Shown: positions 10,607 to 20,106 of the stretch, one piece after another
Position numbering within the stretch: position 1 is the first letter of the stretch
How the letters are laid out: the number at the start of each line of letters is the position of its first letter
Source of the DNA: Candidatus Latescibacterota bacterium
GTDB lineage: Bacteria; Latescibacterota; UBA2968; UBA8231
Direction: 5' to 3'
DNA: 64,000 bases
Assembly: GCA_965197905.1 (NCBI GenBank)
Contig: CBDAOB010000005.1
Span: 1,152,001-1,216,000 of the forward strand
Notes under the pieces: generated by a model
Database searches by the model: none
Seen by the model: the letters and a program-made list of their open reading frames with translations, nothing else
Told to the model about the DNA's origin: nothing
Made by a program: the position numbers and the translations under genes

Positions 10607-10865
10607 AATAATCTTCCTTGCGCATTACGACGCGTCGCCAGAGCCAACCGCCACCGACGATTAACGAGTAGGCGATGAAACCGAAGATGGCGTAGAACCC
10701 GAACCACTCCTCGATGGCGTAGTGCACGTGCTTGTGGTAGACCAGGTCGGCGAGGATCAGGAGGACACTGACTACCAATAGCGAAACGAACAGCTTCTTT
10801 ATGCTGCCCGGCCGCTCCAGCCATCCGGCTTGCTGATCACCTGCCTGATTTTTTTCCTCTTCCAT
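10596..10865 (-). CDS. Small 2-TM protein inside the Mrp operon
   Basis: 89 aa, two hydrophobic helices, ends VMRKEDYYD, tightly packed between neighbours. Confidence 0.75.
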   Translation of the reverse strand: MEEEKNQAGDQQAGWLERPGSIKKLFVSLLVVSVLLILADLVYHKHVHYAIEEWFGFYAIFGFIAYSLIVGGGWLWRRVVMRKEDYYDG

Positions 10866-10871
10866 CTCAGC

Positions 10872-12335
10872 TCACCTGCCGACGATAGGGAGAAGCATGC
10901 GGTAAAGATCGTCGGCGTAGAAAAAGAGTACCAAACATCCCAACGCGGTAATACATAACGGCATGACGCAAAAGAAGGGCGCCTCGTTGAATTTCAATTT
11001 CGGACCCGGACTCGCGGGAGTCGCGAAGAACGCCCGCGCCACTACCGGCATCAGGTAGCCTATGTTCAAGAGCGAGCTGAACATCAGCACCGCCACAAAA
11101 ACAATCTGGTCAGCCTCGAGCGCACCCAACGCCAAATACCACTTGCTCCACGAGCCGCCCAGCGGAGGAACTCCGATGATACTCAAAGCCCCGATCAGAA
11201 AGGCGAACAAGGTTATCGGCATAGCCCGCCCGATCCCGGTCATATCGCTGATCTCGGTCTTGTGCAGAGCTACGTTTATGGCTCCGGCGCAGAAAAACAG
11301 GGTGATCTTGCCGAACGCGTGCATCGCAATGTGCATGCTGCCGCCGATCACGCTCCAACCGGTGGCCAGCGCGGCGCCCAGTACAACGTAGGCCAGCTGA
11401 CTGATGGTGGAGTAGGCCAGACGAGCCTTCAGATTGTCTTTGGTAAAAGCGACCAGGGAAGCGATGATCACCGTGCCTCCGGCGACATACATCAGCCAGA
11501 TGTTGGCGCCGGTGCTGCTGAGAAAATCGATGCCGAAGATGTAGACGATCACCTTCATCACCGTAAATACACCAGCCTTGACGACGGCTACGGCGTGCAG
11601 TAGCGCGCTTACGGGGGTAGGTGCCACCATTGCCGCAGGGAGCCATCGGTGGAACGGCATCAGGGCAGCTTTGCCGGTGCCGAAGGCATACAGAGCTAGG
11701 AGTACGACCACCATGCCTTCGCTCGCCTTGCCTTCGAGAATGCCTCCAGGAACGAAGTCAACCGTGCCCGCGATATGCCAGGTCCACACCAGTGCCAGCA
11801 GCAGGAAACCGACGGAGGTGCCCAGGAGAATACCCATGTAGATCCGCCCGGACTTTCGCGCCTCCGCGGATCTGTGATGAGTCACCAGGGGATAGGTCGA
11901 AAGGGTGAGAACCTCGTAGAAGATGAATAGAGTGAACATGTTCGCAGCAAAGGCCACACCCAAGGCGGCGGTGATAGCTACGGCAAAAAAGAAATAGAAG
12001 CGGGTCTGCTGTTCCTCGTGATGTCCCCGCATGTACCCGATGGAGTAGAGCGAGGTGATGATCCAGAGTCCCGAGGCAACCAGGCCAAACAACATACCCA
12101 GGGGTTCGATCTTGAATCCGATGGAAAGGCCAGGAAGGACCTGAATCAGTTCGACGGCCGGGTGAAATCCTGCGAGCACCTGCGGCACCAGAGAGACCAC
12201 CACCACGAAGGTCGCCACGCCCGTGACCAGCGTCGCCAGTTCGCGCAGGTTGGGGCGCCGCCCAAGCAGAGCGATGACCGGCGAGCCGGCCAGGGGCAAC
12301 AGGATGGCGGTGATGATGGCGGTGGAGGCGATCAT
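10872..12335 (-). CDS. mnhD: Mrp/Mnh antiporter subunit D-like (second copy)
   Basis: PFHRWLPAAMVAPTPVSALLHAVAVVKAG, RLAYSTISQL. Confidence 0.85.
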   Translation of the reverse strand: MIASTAIITAILLPLAGSPVIALLGRRPNLRELATLVTGVATFVVVVSLVPQVLAGFHPAVELIQVLPGLSIGFKIEPLGMLFGLVASGLWIITSLYSIGYMRGHHEEQQTRFYFFFAVAITAALGVAFAANMFTLFIFYEVLTLSTYPLVTHHRSAEARKSGRIYMGILLGTSVGFLLLALVWTWHIAGTVDFVPGGILEGKASEGMVVVLLALYAFGTGKAALMPFHRWLPAAMVAPTPVSALLHAVAVVKAGVFTVMKVIVYIFGIDFLSSTGANIWLMYVAGGTVIIASLVAFTKDNLKARLAYSTISQLAYVVLGAALATGWSVIGGSMHIAMHAFGKITLFFCAGAINVALHKTEISDMTGIGRAMPITLFAFLIGALSIIGVPPLGGSWSKWYLALGALEADQIVFVAVLMFSSLLNIGYLMPVVARAFFATPASPGPKLKFNEAPFFCVMPLCITALGCLVLFFYADDLYRMLLPIVGR

Positions 12336-13819
12336 GCTCCGTTCCCCAGCAACCAGCGCGCGGCGTGCTTAGCGACGCCGGCTGTCTGCGATGTGAAGAT
12401 ACCCAGCACAAGGGTGGCGCCGATCAGCAGCCACATCGGAATTTGCATGGTAAAAGGCGCTTCGGTCACGGTGTCCTTGCCCTCAGGAACCGGCTGAAAG
12501 TAGGCTACTTCGACGACTCGCCATACGTAGACCGCCGCCAACAAAGAGCTCAACAGCAGCAGAAACGCCAGCGGCCACCACCCCTTCTCCAGGGCTGCCT
12601 GGATGAGGTACCACTTGCTGACGAACCCCACGGTCAACGGAACGCCGATCAGACTCAGGCCACCAAGAACGAACGCGGTCATGGTTACCGGCATTCTCTT
12701 TCCGAGTCCCTGGAGATCCTTGAGCTCTACCGAGCCAATGCGGAGCGCGATACACCCCATGGCAAGGAACAACCCGCCCTTCATCAGGGCATGGTTGAAT
12801 AGATGCACGATGCCAGATGTGAGGCCGTTGAGCGACAGCAGACTGATGCCCAGCATCATATAGCCCACCTGGGCGACGCTGGAATAGGCCAGCATGCGTT
12901 TGATGTTGGTCTGGAAGATCGCCACCGTCGAAGCGACGAAGATTCCCACTACAGCCAGGGGCATTAACACCTGGTCGACCCGCATAGTCGCAAAGGAAAA
13001 ATCGACGCCGAATATGGTGAACGCGAAACGCAGGAAAACGTAGATCGAAACCTTCGTTGCGGTGGCAGCGATAAACGCGCTGACCACCGATGGCGCATAA
13101 GCGTAGGCGTTTGGCAACCACAAGTGGAGTGGGAACAACGCCAACTTGAGAAATACACCGACACTGAAGAACGCAAAGGCGACCAGCACGGTGCGGCTTC
13201 CGCTGGCCGGTGCCATTTGCAGTCTGGTGGCGAGGTCAGCCATGTTCAGGGTGCCCGTCATCATATACATCAGGCCGACACCGATCAGGATGAAGGTGGC
13301 GCCGATGGTGCCCATCACCAGGTACTGGTAAGCTGCGGTCAGGGCGCGGCGGTCCTTGCCCATGCTGATCAGGGCGTAGGATGACAGGGACGAGATCTCC
13401 AGAAAAACGAAGAGATTGAAAGCGTCGCCGGTAGCTGCGATCCCGAGCAAACCGGTGAGGCAGAGCAAGTAGGCGGTGTAGAACAGCGTCTGGTGGCGCT
13501 TGGCAATTTCGGCCCCAACGCTTGCCGGGGCGTAAAGAAGCACGACCGTGGCGATGAGTCCCACCAGCAGCAGCACGAAGGCATTCACCACATCGATACG
13601 CAATTCGATGCCCCAGGGCGGGCTCCAGCCGCCCACGGCATACGACAGCGCACCGTGTTCCAGGACCGCCGTCAGCAGCTGCGCTGCGATCACCATCGTG
13701 CAGGCGCTCACGAGAACGGAAAACGCCCACACCAAATGCCGCTGGCGCAAGAGCAGGCAGATTGGAGCTGCCACCAGCGGTACGACGATCTGCAGGACGG
13801 GCAGGTGTGTTTCGATCAT
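12332..13819 (-). CDS. mnhD: Mrp/Mnh antiporter subunit D
   Basis: GGWSPPWGIE, GDAFNLFVFLEI, KLALFPLHLWLP, KRMLAYSS. Confidence 0.9.
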   Translation of the reverse strand: MIETHLPVLQIVVPLVAAPICLLLRQRHLVWAFSVLVSACTMVIAAQLLTAVLEHGALSYAVGGWSPPWGIELRIDVVNAFVLLLVGLIATVVLLYAPASVGAEIAKRHQTLFYTAYLLCLTGLLGIAATGDAFNLFVFLEISSLSSYALISMGKDRRALTAAYQYLVMGTIGATFILIGVGLMYMMTGTLNMADLATRLQMAPASGSRTVLVAFAFFSVGVFLKLALFPLHLWLPNAYAYAPSVVSAFIAATATKVSIYVFLRFAFTIFGVDFSFATMRVDQVLMPLAVVGIFVASTVAIFQTNIKRMLAYSSVAQVGYMMLGISLLSLNGLTSGIVHLFNHALMKGGLFLAMGCIALRIGSVELKDLQGLGKRMPVTMTAFVLGGLSLIGVPLTVGFVSKWYLIQAALEKGWWPLAFLLLLSSLLAAVYVWRVVEVAYFQPVPEGKDTVTEAPFTMQIPMWLLIGATLVLGIFTSQTAGVAKHAARWLLGNGA

Positions 13820-14169
13820 GATTCGCGGTCCTGATCCTGGATCTCGTCCTCTTCAATGGTTCCATAGGCGCGGTAGATGCGGACCACCAGGGCGAAACCG
13901 AGGGAGGTGGTGGCAATGCCGACGACGATGGCCGTCAGGATCAGGACATGCGGTAACGGGTTGGAGTAGATCTCGACCCCTTCGGAAACGATCGGGGCAG
14001 TGCCGCCTCTTACCTTGCCCATGGTAATGTAGAGCAGGAATACAGAGGTCTGAAAGATGTTCAATCCGATGATCTTCTTGACCAGATTGCCACGCGATAT
14101 CACCACGTAGAACCCGGTCATCATCAGAAAGACGACGGCCCAGTAGTTGAAATGGACGGGAAGGCTCAT
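13816..14169 (-). CDS. mnhC: Mrp/Mnh antiporter subunit C
   Basis: NLVKKIIGL, NPLPHVLILTAIVVG. Confidence 0.92.
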   Translation of the reverse strand: MSLPVHFNYWAVVFLMMTGFYVVISRGNLVKKIIGLNIFQTSVFLLYITMGKVRGGTAPIVSEGVEIYSNPLPHVLILTAIVVGIATTSLGFALVVRIYRAYGTIEEDEIQDQDRES

Positions 14170-14588
14170 TCGGTGTAACGCCGTTCCGCGAAAGCGAAGA
14201 AGATGGCGATCATGACCGCGGCAACGGTGATGCCCACACCCAGCTCGATCACCAGGATTCCTATATGCTGTCCGTGGACCGGGTCATGTTGCAGAACCCC
14301 GTAATCGAGGAAGTTTCCCCCCATCAGGATACCGGCGACGCCGGTGCCAGCATACAGCAGAACACCGAAAGCGATCAAGGCGTGAACCAGGGGAGGTTTG
14401 GCGAATCTCTGGGTATCGTCGAGACCGAAGACGAGCGTGTGCAGGACGAACGCGGCGGCGAATATGACGCCCGCCTGGAAACCGCCGCCAGGCCCGAAAT
14501 CGCCATGGAATTGTACGTACAGGGCGAACAACAGAATGAACGGAATGAACAGCTTGGTAACGACCCGGAGAACTAGCTGGAATCTCAT
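14166..14588 (-). CDS. mnhB: Mrp/Mnh antiporter subunit B
   Basis: HGDFGPGGGFQAG motif. Confidence 0.92.
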   Translation of the reverse strand: MRFQLVLRVVTKLFIPFILLFALYVQFHGDFGPGGGFQAGVIFAAAFVLHTLVFGLDDTQRFAKPPLVHALIAFGVLLYAGTGVAGILMGGNFLDYGVLQHDPVHGQHIGILVIELGVGITVAAVMIAIFFAFAERRYTE

Positions 14589-15139
14589 GTTTCGTCCTCC
14601 TCGTCCTCCAAACGCCGGGGCCAGACCTGTCCCAGCAGCAGGAGAACCCCAACTGCCGCAGCGAGCACGACCGTGGTCTCGCCCAGTGTGTCGAATCCTC
14701 TGTAGCTAGCAAGCACCGAGGTCACCATGTTCGGCACTCCGATTTCGGTGGGCGAGTCGTTGATGTACCGCGGTGCCACGTGAAGATGTATCGGTGCCTG
14801 AGGATCTCCGAAGTGGGGCATGTCGGCGGTGCCGTAGATGAGGGCCGCCCCGGTCAAAAATACCAGGACCAGCGGCCACCACGGTCTTCGGGCAGGCTCC
14901 TTCTCAGTGCTTTTGGTCAAGATCAACGTGCCGATGCCCAATACAGTGGTAATGCCAGCGCCGACCGCCGCTTCGGTGAACGCCACGTCCACCGCATCCA
15001 GAAGGAGAAACATGCCGGCCGACAGCAAGCTGAAGAATCCAGCAATTACGATGGCAGCGAAAAGATTATGCAGGCGGACGATACTGACGGCAATCACCGC
15101 AATGAAGACTAGCAACAGACCGTTGAGTAGCTCGATCAC
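14585..15139 (-). CDS. Mrp subunit, DUF4040/MrpA C-terminal-like (MnhB-related)
   Basis: DVAFTEAAVGAG, PNMVTSVLASYRGFDTLGE. Confidence 0.88.
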   Translation of the reverse strand: MIELLNGLLLVFIAVIAVSIVRLHNLFAAIVIAGFFSLLSAGMFLLLDAVDVAFTEAAVGAGITTVLGIGTLILTKSTEKEPARRPWWPLVLVFLTGAALIYGTADMPHFGDPQAPIHLHVAPRYINDSPTEIGVPNMVTSVLASYRGFDTLGETTVVLAAAVGVLLLLGQVWPRRLEDEEDET

Positions 15140-15453
15140 GCGTCGCTATTCTCCTCGGTGGTAACCGGTTCCAGGCCGGCCAGGCGGGCGGCCCGAGCGA
15201 CGGCGTGAGTGGCTGTCGGGCTGGTGATCAGCAGGATGCCTACGACCATTACCAGCTTGACCGTCACCAACTCAAATCCGGCTTGAACCATCAGGCCGGT
15301 AAGCAGAAGGCCGGCTCCGAGAGTGTCGGTGATGCCGGCGCCGTGAATGCGGGCGAAAAAGTCGGGCAGCCGAATGAGACCTATACCGCCGACAATGCAG
15401 AAAAAGGAGCCGGCGAGCAGCAGCACCCAGCTGACAACGTCGGTCAATTCCAT
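15136..15453 (-). CDS. mnhG: Mrp/Mnh antiporter subunit G
   Basis: IGLIRLPDFFARIHGAG, TSPTATHA. Confidence 0.9.
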   Translation of the reverse strand: MELTDVVSWVLLLAGSFFCIVGGIGLIRLPDFFARIHGAGITDTLGAGLLLTGLMVQAGFELVTVKLVMVVGILLITSPTATHAVARAARLAGLEPVTTEENSDA

Positions 15454-15743
15454 TGTTCTGCCTGGGCCTTTTCCACGGCCTCTCCTGTTGTTGCCAGGTT
15501 GTCGTACTCGACAAACTTCAAAATCGCAAACACGCCGATGAAGTTCAGAAACACGTAGATCAGAGCCAGATCGAGGAAATCGGGGCGACCGGTGGCGAAT
15601 CCAAGCACGGCGATGAGCAGTACCGTCTTCGTCCCCGCCATATTCACCGCCAGGATCCGATCGTAGACCGTCGGACCTTTGACGGCGCGTACCATGGCGA
15701 GGATCATGGTCACGAGGATGGCGGCTATCGCGGCGAAGAACAT
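15444..15743 (-). CDS. mnhF: Mrp/Mnh antiporter subunit F
   Basis: True start is ATG 15743, overlapping the mnhE TGA; GPTVYDRILA, DLALIY. Confidence 0.9.
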   Translation of the reverse strand: MFFAAIAAILVTMILAMVRAVKGPTVYDRILAVNMAGTKTVLLIAVLGFATGRPDFLDLALIYVFLNFIGVFAILKFVEYDNLATTGEAVEKAQAEQWN

Positions 15744-16219
15744 CAGCGCGATCCCTCCAGTCCGGTTACCTTGCGGTCCATTTCGCCGGTCTGCAGATCC
15801 TCGGCGCTTTCGCTCGTTAACGCGTGTACGAGGATGCGTCCTTCCCCGACGTCGACCGATACGGTGCCCGGTGTCAGCGTAATCGAATTGGCGTAGATAA
15901 CCTGCCCGAGAGCGGTTTTCTGCCCGGATTTGACCTCCACCAGTTTCGGGTTGATTCGCAACCGGGGGCTCAATATGCGCGCCGTAACATCCACGTTGGC
16001 TTTGGCGATCGCCCAAAGGAGCCAGGGCAGATAGACGATCATCCGGAACGCCAGACCGATCACCGAGCCCTCGTTGTCGTTGATGTCGAGACGGACAGCC
16101 ACGAACGCGACGAATAGGCAGGAGATACCCCCGAGCGAGATGAGCAGGGAGTTGTAAATCCCCGACCATAACAACCAGATTCCAAACAGGCTGAGGAATA
16201 AACCAACGGTGTATCGCAT
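15743..16219 (-). CDS. mnhE: Mrp/Mnh antiporter subunit E
   Basis: YANSITLTPGT, LVHAL; ATG 16219 lies downstream of a sigma-70-like promoter. Confidence 0.9.
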   Translation of the reverse strand: MRYTVGLFLSLFGIWLLWSGIYNSLLISLGGISCLFVAFVAVRLDINDNEGSVIGLAFRMIVYLPWLLWAIAKANVDVTARILSPRLRINPKLVEVKSGQKTALGQVIYANSITLTPGTVSVDVGEGRILVHALTSESAEDLQTGEMDRKVTGLEGSR

Positions 16220-16280
16220 AACTGCTGTTTCCAGCTCTCTTTTAGACCTTAAAACAGTTCGCAAAGGCAATAATTTCACT

Positions 16281-16310
16281 AATTTATAACCCCCCCGACA
16301 CGAAAGTCAA
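16281..16310 (-). promoter_or_regulatory. Sigma-70-type promoter of the Mrp operon
   Basis: Minus strand reads TTGACT-N16-TATAAA (or N18-TAAATT), about 65 nt upstream of the mnhE ATG. Confidence 0.6.
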
Positions 16311-16635
16311 GGACAAACTTGGAACCGTGATAACGGTGAATTTCGCGGTTGGACCCGCCGCCGGAGCTGGCTGGACTCGGGGAAAGCCGACACCCATATT
16401 TCGCCGTCAATGGCGGCGGACACGCGATAGTGCCATGCCCGTTTTCGGTGTCAAATGGCAGCATTCCGCCCGGATGTTGATCTTAATGAGTAGACCGGGT
16501 GACGACTCCCGGATCTAGAGTCATGAAACGAAGAGCCACCCGCGGGTCGGATTCGAGGCGTCGAACGTCCGGGCGGCTTGTCAGAGTCTGCGTTGTACCA
16601 CCCTGAAGTCCCCGTGATTTCCATCACGGAGGCCG

Positions 16636-18328
16636 ATGCGGCTGTCGAACTACAATTTGGATATGAAACATTCCGTAAACATGAGCACCGAGCGCCTGCG
16701 TTGGTTGCTGGCGGAGCTACACAGGAACGAGAGTGACTATCGCGTCTGCGCCGCGGACGACATCGTAGGTCCCGGGGGGGCTGCTTACATCACTGCAAAG
16801 ACCGAGCTGACATCCAAACATCTGGAGTGGTTGGACCGTCGCAATCCGGATCCCGAAAACGCTCCCACGACGCTGGATGTGGTCTTTTACCGCGGCTCAG
16901 CCGTCGAGAGCCGGCCGCCTGAGGGGGCCCAAGGCAGAGGAACCTGTGCCGCAGGGAGATCGCCGGCAGCGGGCTGAGGCGGCCGCTTCCGAGGTGACAG
17001 AGCGGGCGCGTTTGGTGGCGACGAAAGCCGAAAAGGTCTACAGGAGCATCGGGAAACTCGAGTTTACGGCGGCAGATCTGCGGACGGACGAATCGTCGGC
17101 GCGTTTGAAAGAGCTGGAGGAGAACCTGCGGGATTTTCACGCCTCGGTACGCAAGGCGATCGATGAGTATCTAGAAGGAAATACCCTGGTTCTCGATCTG
17201 ATCCTCAAGTTTCAGCTCGATAAACAGACAGTGAGGCATGCCCTCAACGTGGCGGCATTCGCTACCGAAATGGTGGCGCAGATGGCGCTGAAACCGGGCG
17301 AAGATGACGAGCGTCTGAGGACTTATTTCAGCAATATCTCCGACGCCGAAATGGTCGAACTGCTCGGGGAGGAATCTCCGGAGGAGGCCTGGTCCTCACA
17401 AGAACGGGCGGACAAGCTGATGCAACTCTTCAGGCTTGAGCTGGTGGAGATTTTCCTCGCCGGATTCATGCACGACTGCGGATTATGGAACGAACCGTAT
17501 TTTCTTGACGAAGGGCACGAAATCAAAGGGGCCAAGATCGTCTCAGAGCTCCCTGAAGTAAGCACCTACGCGCCGGCGCTCATCAAAATCGTCCTGATGC
17601 ACTCGGATCTGTCGCGGTTGGCCAAGAGATTCGGGGTCGTGAAAATAACGGAATATCCCGATGATCCCGAGCGCATAACGCTGCGGCGGGAGTTTTTCAG
17701 CACAGAGGAAGAAGCGGAATCCGCGCTCAAGCTGAGGCGCGGAGATTTCAAGGCCGAGCTGTTGTCCGCAGCCGACTTGCGAAAGATTCTGCCGGTTGCT
17801 CTCGCCGAGTACTACATAACCCAGACCCAGGACGTCCACGCCAAGTCGCACTCCACCGTCGTTACTGATCTCGTCAGATATGCGGACCAGGGTGCGTTCA
17901 TCAAATACATGGTGGTGTTGTGCAACTCGCAGATTGATGTGGTCGCCCCCCGCAGATCCTACGTGAGGCTTGGGGGAGCGATCTCGGTACTGGTGCCAGA
18001 CCGGAAGAAAGAGTTGAAAGCAAAGCTGCTCGACGTAAACGGATTTGACGCAGGGAGCCTCTACCACGGCGATGACCGGCACTCGCCTCATCTCATATCG
18101 ATTTTTGTGCGTCAGGCGGATGGCAGCCGCGAGAAAGCCGAGTACGTCGCCGCCGACAGCAGCGGGTTGTGGGACCGGTCAGCCGGTCTGCACAGCCGAA
18201 TGTACATACCGGCGGGGCGCTTTCAGAATACCCTCGATTTCCGGGTCACCGGATTTATGGGTGAAGAGGCGTATGAGAAGATCCTGGGGGAGTACGAGGA
18301 GGAGCTGAAGAAACGCAAGATTTCGTAG
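16636..18328 (+). CDS. Atypical HD-domain (HD-GYP-like) protein, one-base frameshift in the G5 run at 16923-16927
   Basis: GGAGG RBS before ATG 16636. Removing one G joins the two ORFs (..PPEGPKAEEP..). Motifs RHALNV, FMHDCG, GHEIKG, IVLMH. Confidence 0.65.
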
Positions 18329-18352
18329 GTCGAAAGTCATAGAGAAGCGGAC

Positions 18353-18394
18353 AAAAAAATTCCCTGCCGAGTGCCTAGCGGTACTCGACAGGGA
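18353..18394 (-). terminator. Intrinsic terminator-like hairpin with a U-tract on the minus strand
   Basis: Minus strand: TCCCTGTCGAGTACC-GCTA-GGCACTCGGCAGGGA-ATTTTTTT. Confidence 0.65.
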
Positions 18395-18726
18395 GCCCCA
18401 AGAAGATTGGACTCTAAGTCCACTAACAGAGATCGACCGCCGCGGCTGAAACTTGAGAAAAATTCGCTGAAAGCGAGAAAGTTTTCGACTGAAGGAGTAT
18501 GAACCAACGCTCGAGTTGATCTCTGCAATCGCCAGGTGGACAACAAATTGCGCGTCTGGCCACGGCGATGTATTCAGCTCCGTCCAGGCTCATGGGATAG
18601 CCCGGGCAGACCAAAAACAGTGCCAGCCATGGGCCTGGCTGCCTGGGTCTTTGGATCCCCGTTGCCACGGTTTTGCCGAACTCCGTTTTTTAAGAGGGTC
18701 ATAATGGCGAATGAATAAGGAACATC

Positions 18727-20106
18727 ATGATTGACATTAGAGCGATTCGTTCCAATCCGGACGGCCTCCGGGAGGCAATCCGCATCCGCAACGTGGATCC
18801 CAGCCTGGCGGATCTGGATCGTTGGTTGGAACTGGACGAGAGAAAACGACAGCTGCAGCTAGAGATCGATGGCTTGAATGGCGAGAAGAAAAAGTTGGCA
18901 CGTCTTGGCAAGTCCGATCCGGAGAAGGCGCGGGAGCAGGGCCAACGGCTGCGGGAAAAGGGGAAGCAGCTGGAACAGGAGATGAGCGAAATAACCTCCA
19001 AATGGCAGGAAATTCTCGACTGGTTTCCCAACTGGCCCCACCCCGACATGCCCGCGGGAACATCCGACGCCGAAAACGTCGAGTTAAAAGCCTGGATTCC
19101 AGGAAGCGGTTATCTGGACGGATCGCTGCTTGGTACCGGGGAAAAAAGTGCGGCGTCCATGCCCAATCGCCCCTGTCATGCCGCCGCCGGCGATTTCACG
19201 CCGTTGCATCACGCCGATCTGGGCGCCATGCTCGGGGGCGTCGACACCCTCCAGGGATCGAAGGTCTCCGGCTCCAGATTCGCCTATCTGATCGGCGACA
19301 TCGCTCGCTTGCAGTACGGTTTGACGCAACTCCTCGCAGATGAACTCCTGAACCGCGGCTACGACATGGTGGTGCCACCGCTCCTGGTGCGGGAACGCTC
19401 GCTCTACGGAACCTCGCACTTTCCAGAGGGACGCGATCAGGTCTACGAGATCAAATCCCACAATGTAGAGGAAGACGTGCAGCTTTTTCTGGTGGGATCT
19501 TCGGAGCCGACCAATTTCAGCTATTTTATGGATCGCACGTTGCGCGAGGACCAGTTGCCGGTCAAGATCTTTGCCGCCACCTCCTGCTTTCGTTCCGAGG
19601 CAGGCTCATGGGGAAAGGATGTAAAAGGTATCAAGCGGGTTCACCAGTTCGACAAGATTGAAATGAATGCCGTTTGCGCACCGGATCAGTCGGATGTCAT
19701 CTACGAGGAGTTCAGCGAGATCAATGAGTGGTTGCTACAGACGTTGCAACTGCCTTACCGGGTGGTGGAGAAATGTGCTGGAGACGCCGGGTATCTGGCC
19801 AGTCACCGACAACGGGACATGGATGTATGGCTCTCCGGCTCCCGTGAGTACATGGAGGTGATGACGGACACCAACACCACCGACTACCAGGCTCGTAGAC
19901 TCAACATCCGCTTCAAGGGAGAGAAAGGCGGGCCCAAGTTCTGCCATACCATCAATGATACCGGCTGCGCCATGGGGCGCATGCTCATCGCCATCATGGA
20001 CAACTACCAGCAGTCCGAGGGAGATGTCGTCGTCCCCGAGCCGCTCCGGCGCGTGATGGGGAAGGAGCGGATTGTGCCCAGACCCCCCGCTAGCGTGAGC
20101 GCTTGA
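18727..20106 (+). CDS. serS: Seryl-tRNA synthetase (divergent)
   Basis: MIDIRAIRSNP N-terminal coiled arm, motif 2 FRSEAGS..VHQFDKIEM, DYQARRLNIRF, motif 3 HTINDTGCAMGR. Confidence 0.9.
   Translation: MIDIRAIRSNPDGLREAIRIRNVDPSLADLDRWLELDERKRQLQLEIDGLNGEKKKLARLGKSDPEKAREQGQRLREKGKQLEQEMSEITSKWQEILDWFPNWPHPDMPAGTSDAENVELKAWIPGSGYLDGSLLGTGEKSAASMPNRPCHAAAGDFTPLHHADLGAMLGGVDTLQGSKVSGSRFAYLIGDIARLQYGLTQLLADELLNRGYDMVVPPLLVRERSLYGTSHFPEGRDQVYEIKSHNVEEDVQLFLVGSSEPTNFSYFMDRTLREDQLPVKIFAATSCFRSEAGSWGKDVKGIKRVHQFDKIEMNAVCAPDQSDVIYEEFSEINEWLLQTLQLPYRVVEKCAGDAGYLASHRQRDMDVWLSGSREYMEVMTDTNTTDYQARRLNIRFKGEKGGPKFCHTINDTGCAMGRMLIAIMDNYQQSEGDVVVPEPLRRVMGKERIVPRPPASVSA

Noticed and set aside
15744..16169. 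Long N-terminal extension of mnhF in the ORF track
   Set aside because: It overlaps mnhE out of frame; the real start is ATG 15743
18491..18519. Ser-Ser leader peptide (MNQRSS*) as a serS attenuator
   Set aside because: GAAGGAG is only 1 nt from the ATG, and no plus-strand terminator/antiterminator pair is evident before serS
18420..18720. T-box riboswitch upstream of serS
   Set aside because: AGAGA and GCTGAAA elements are present, but there is no convincing GGTGGNACC T-box sequence or downstream terminator
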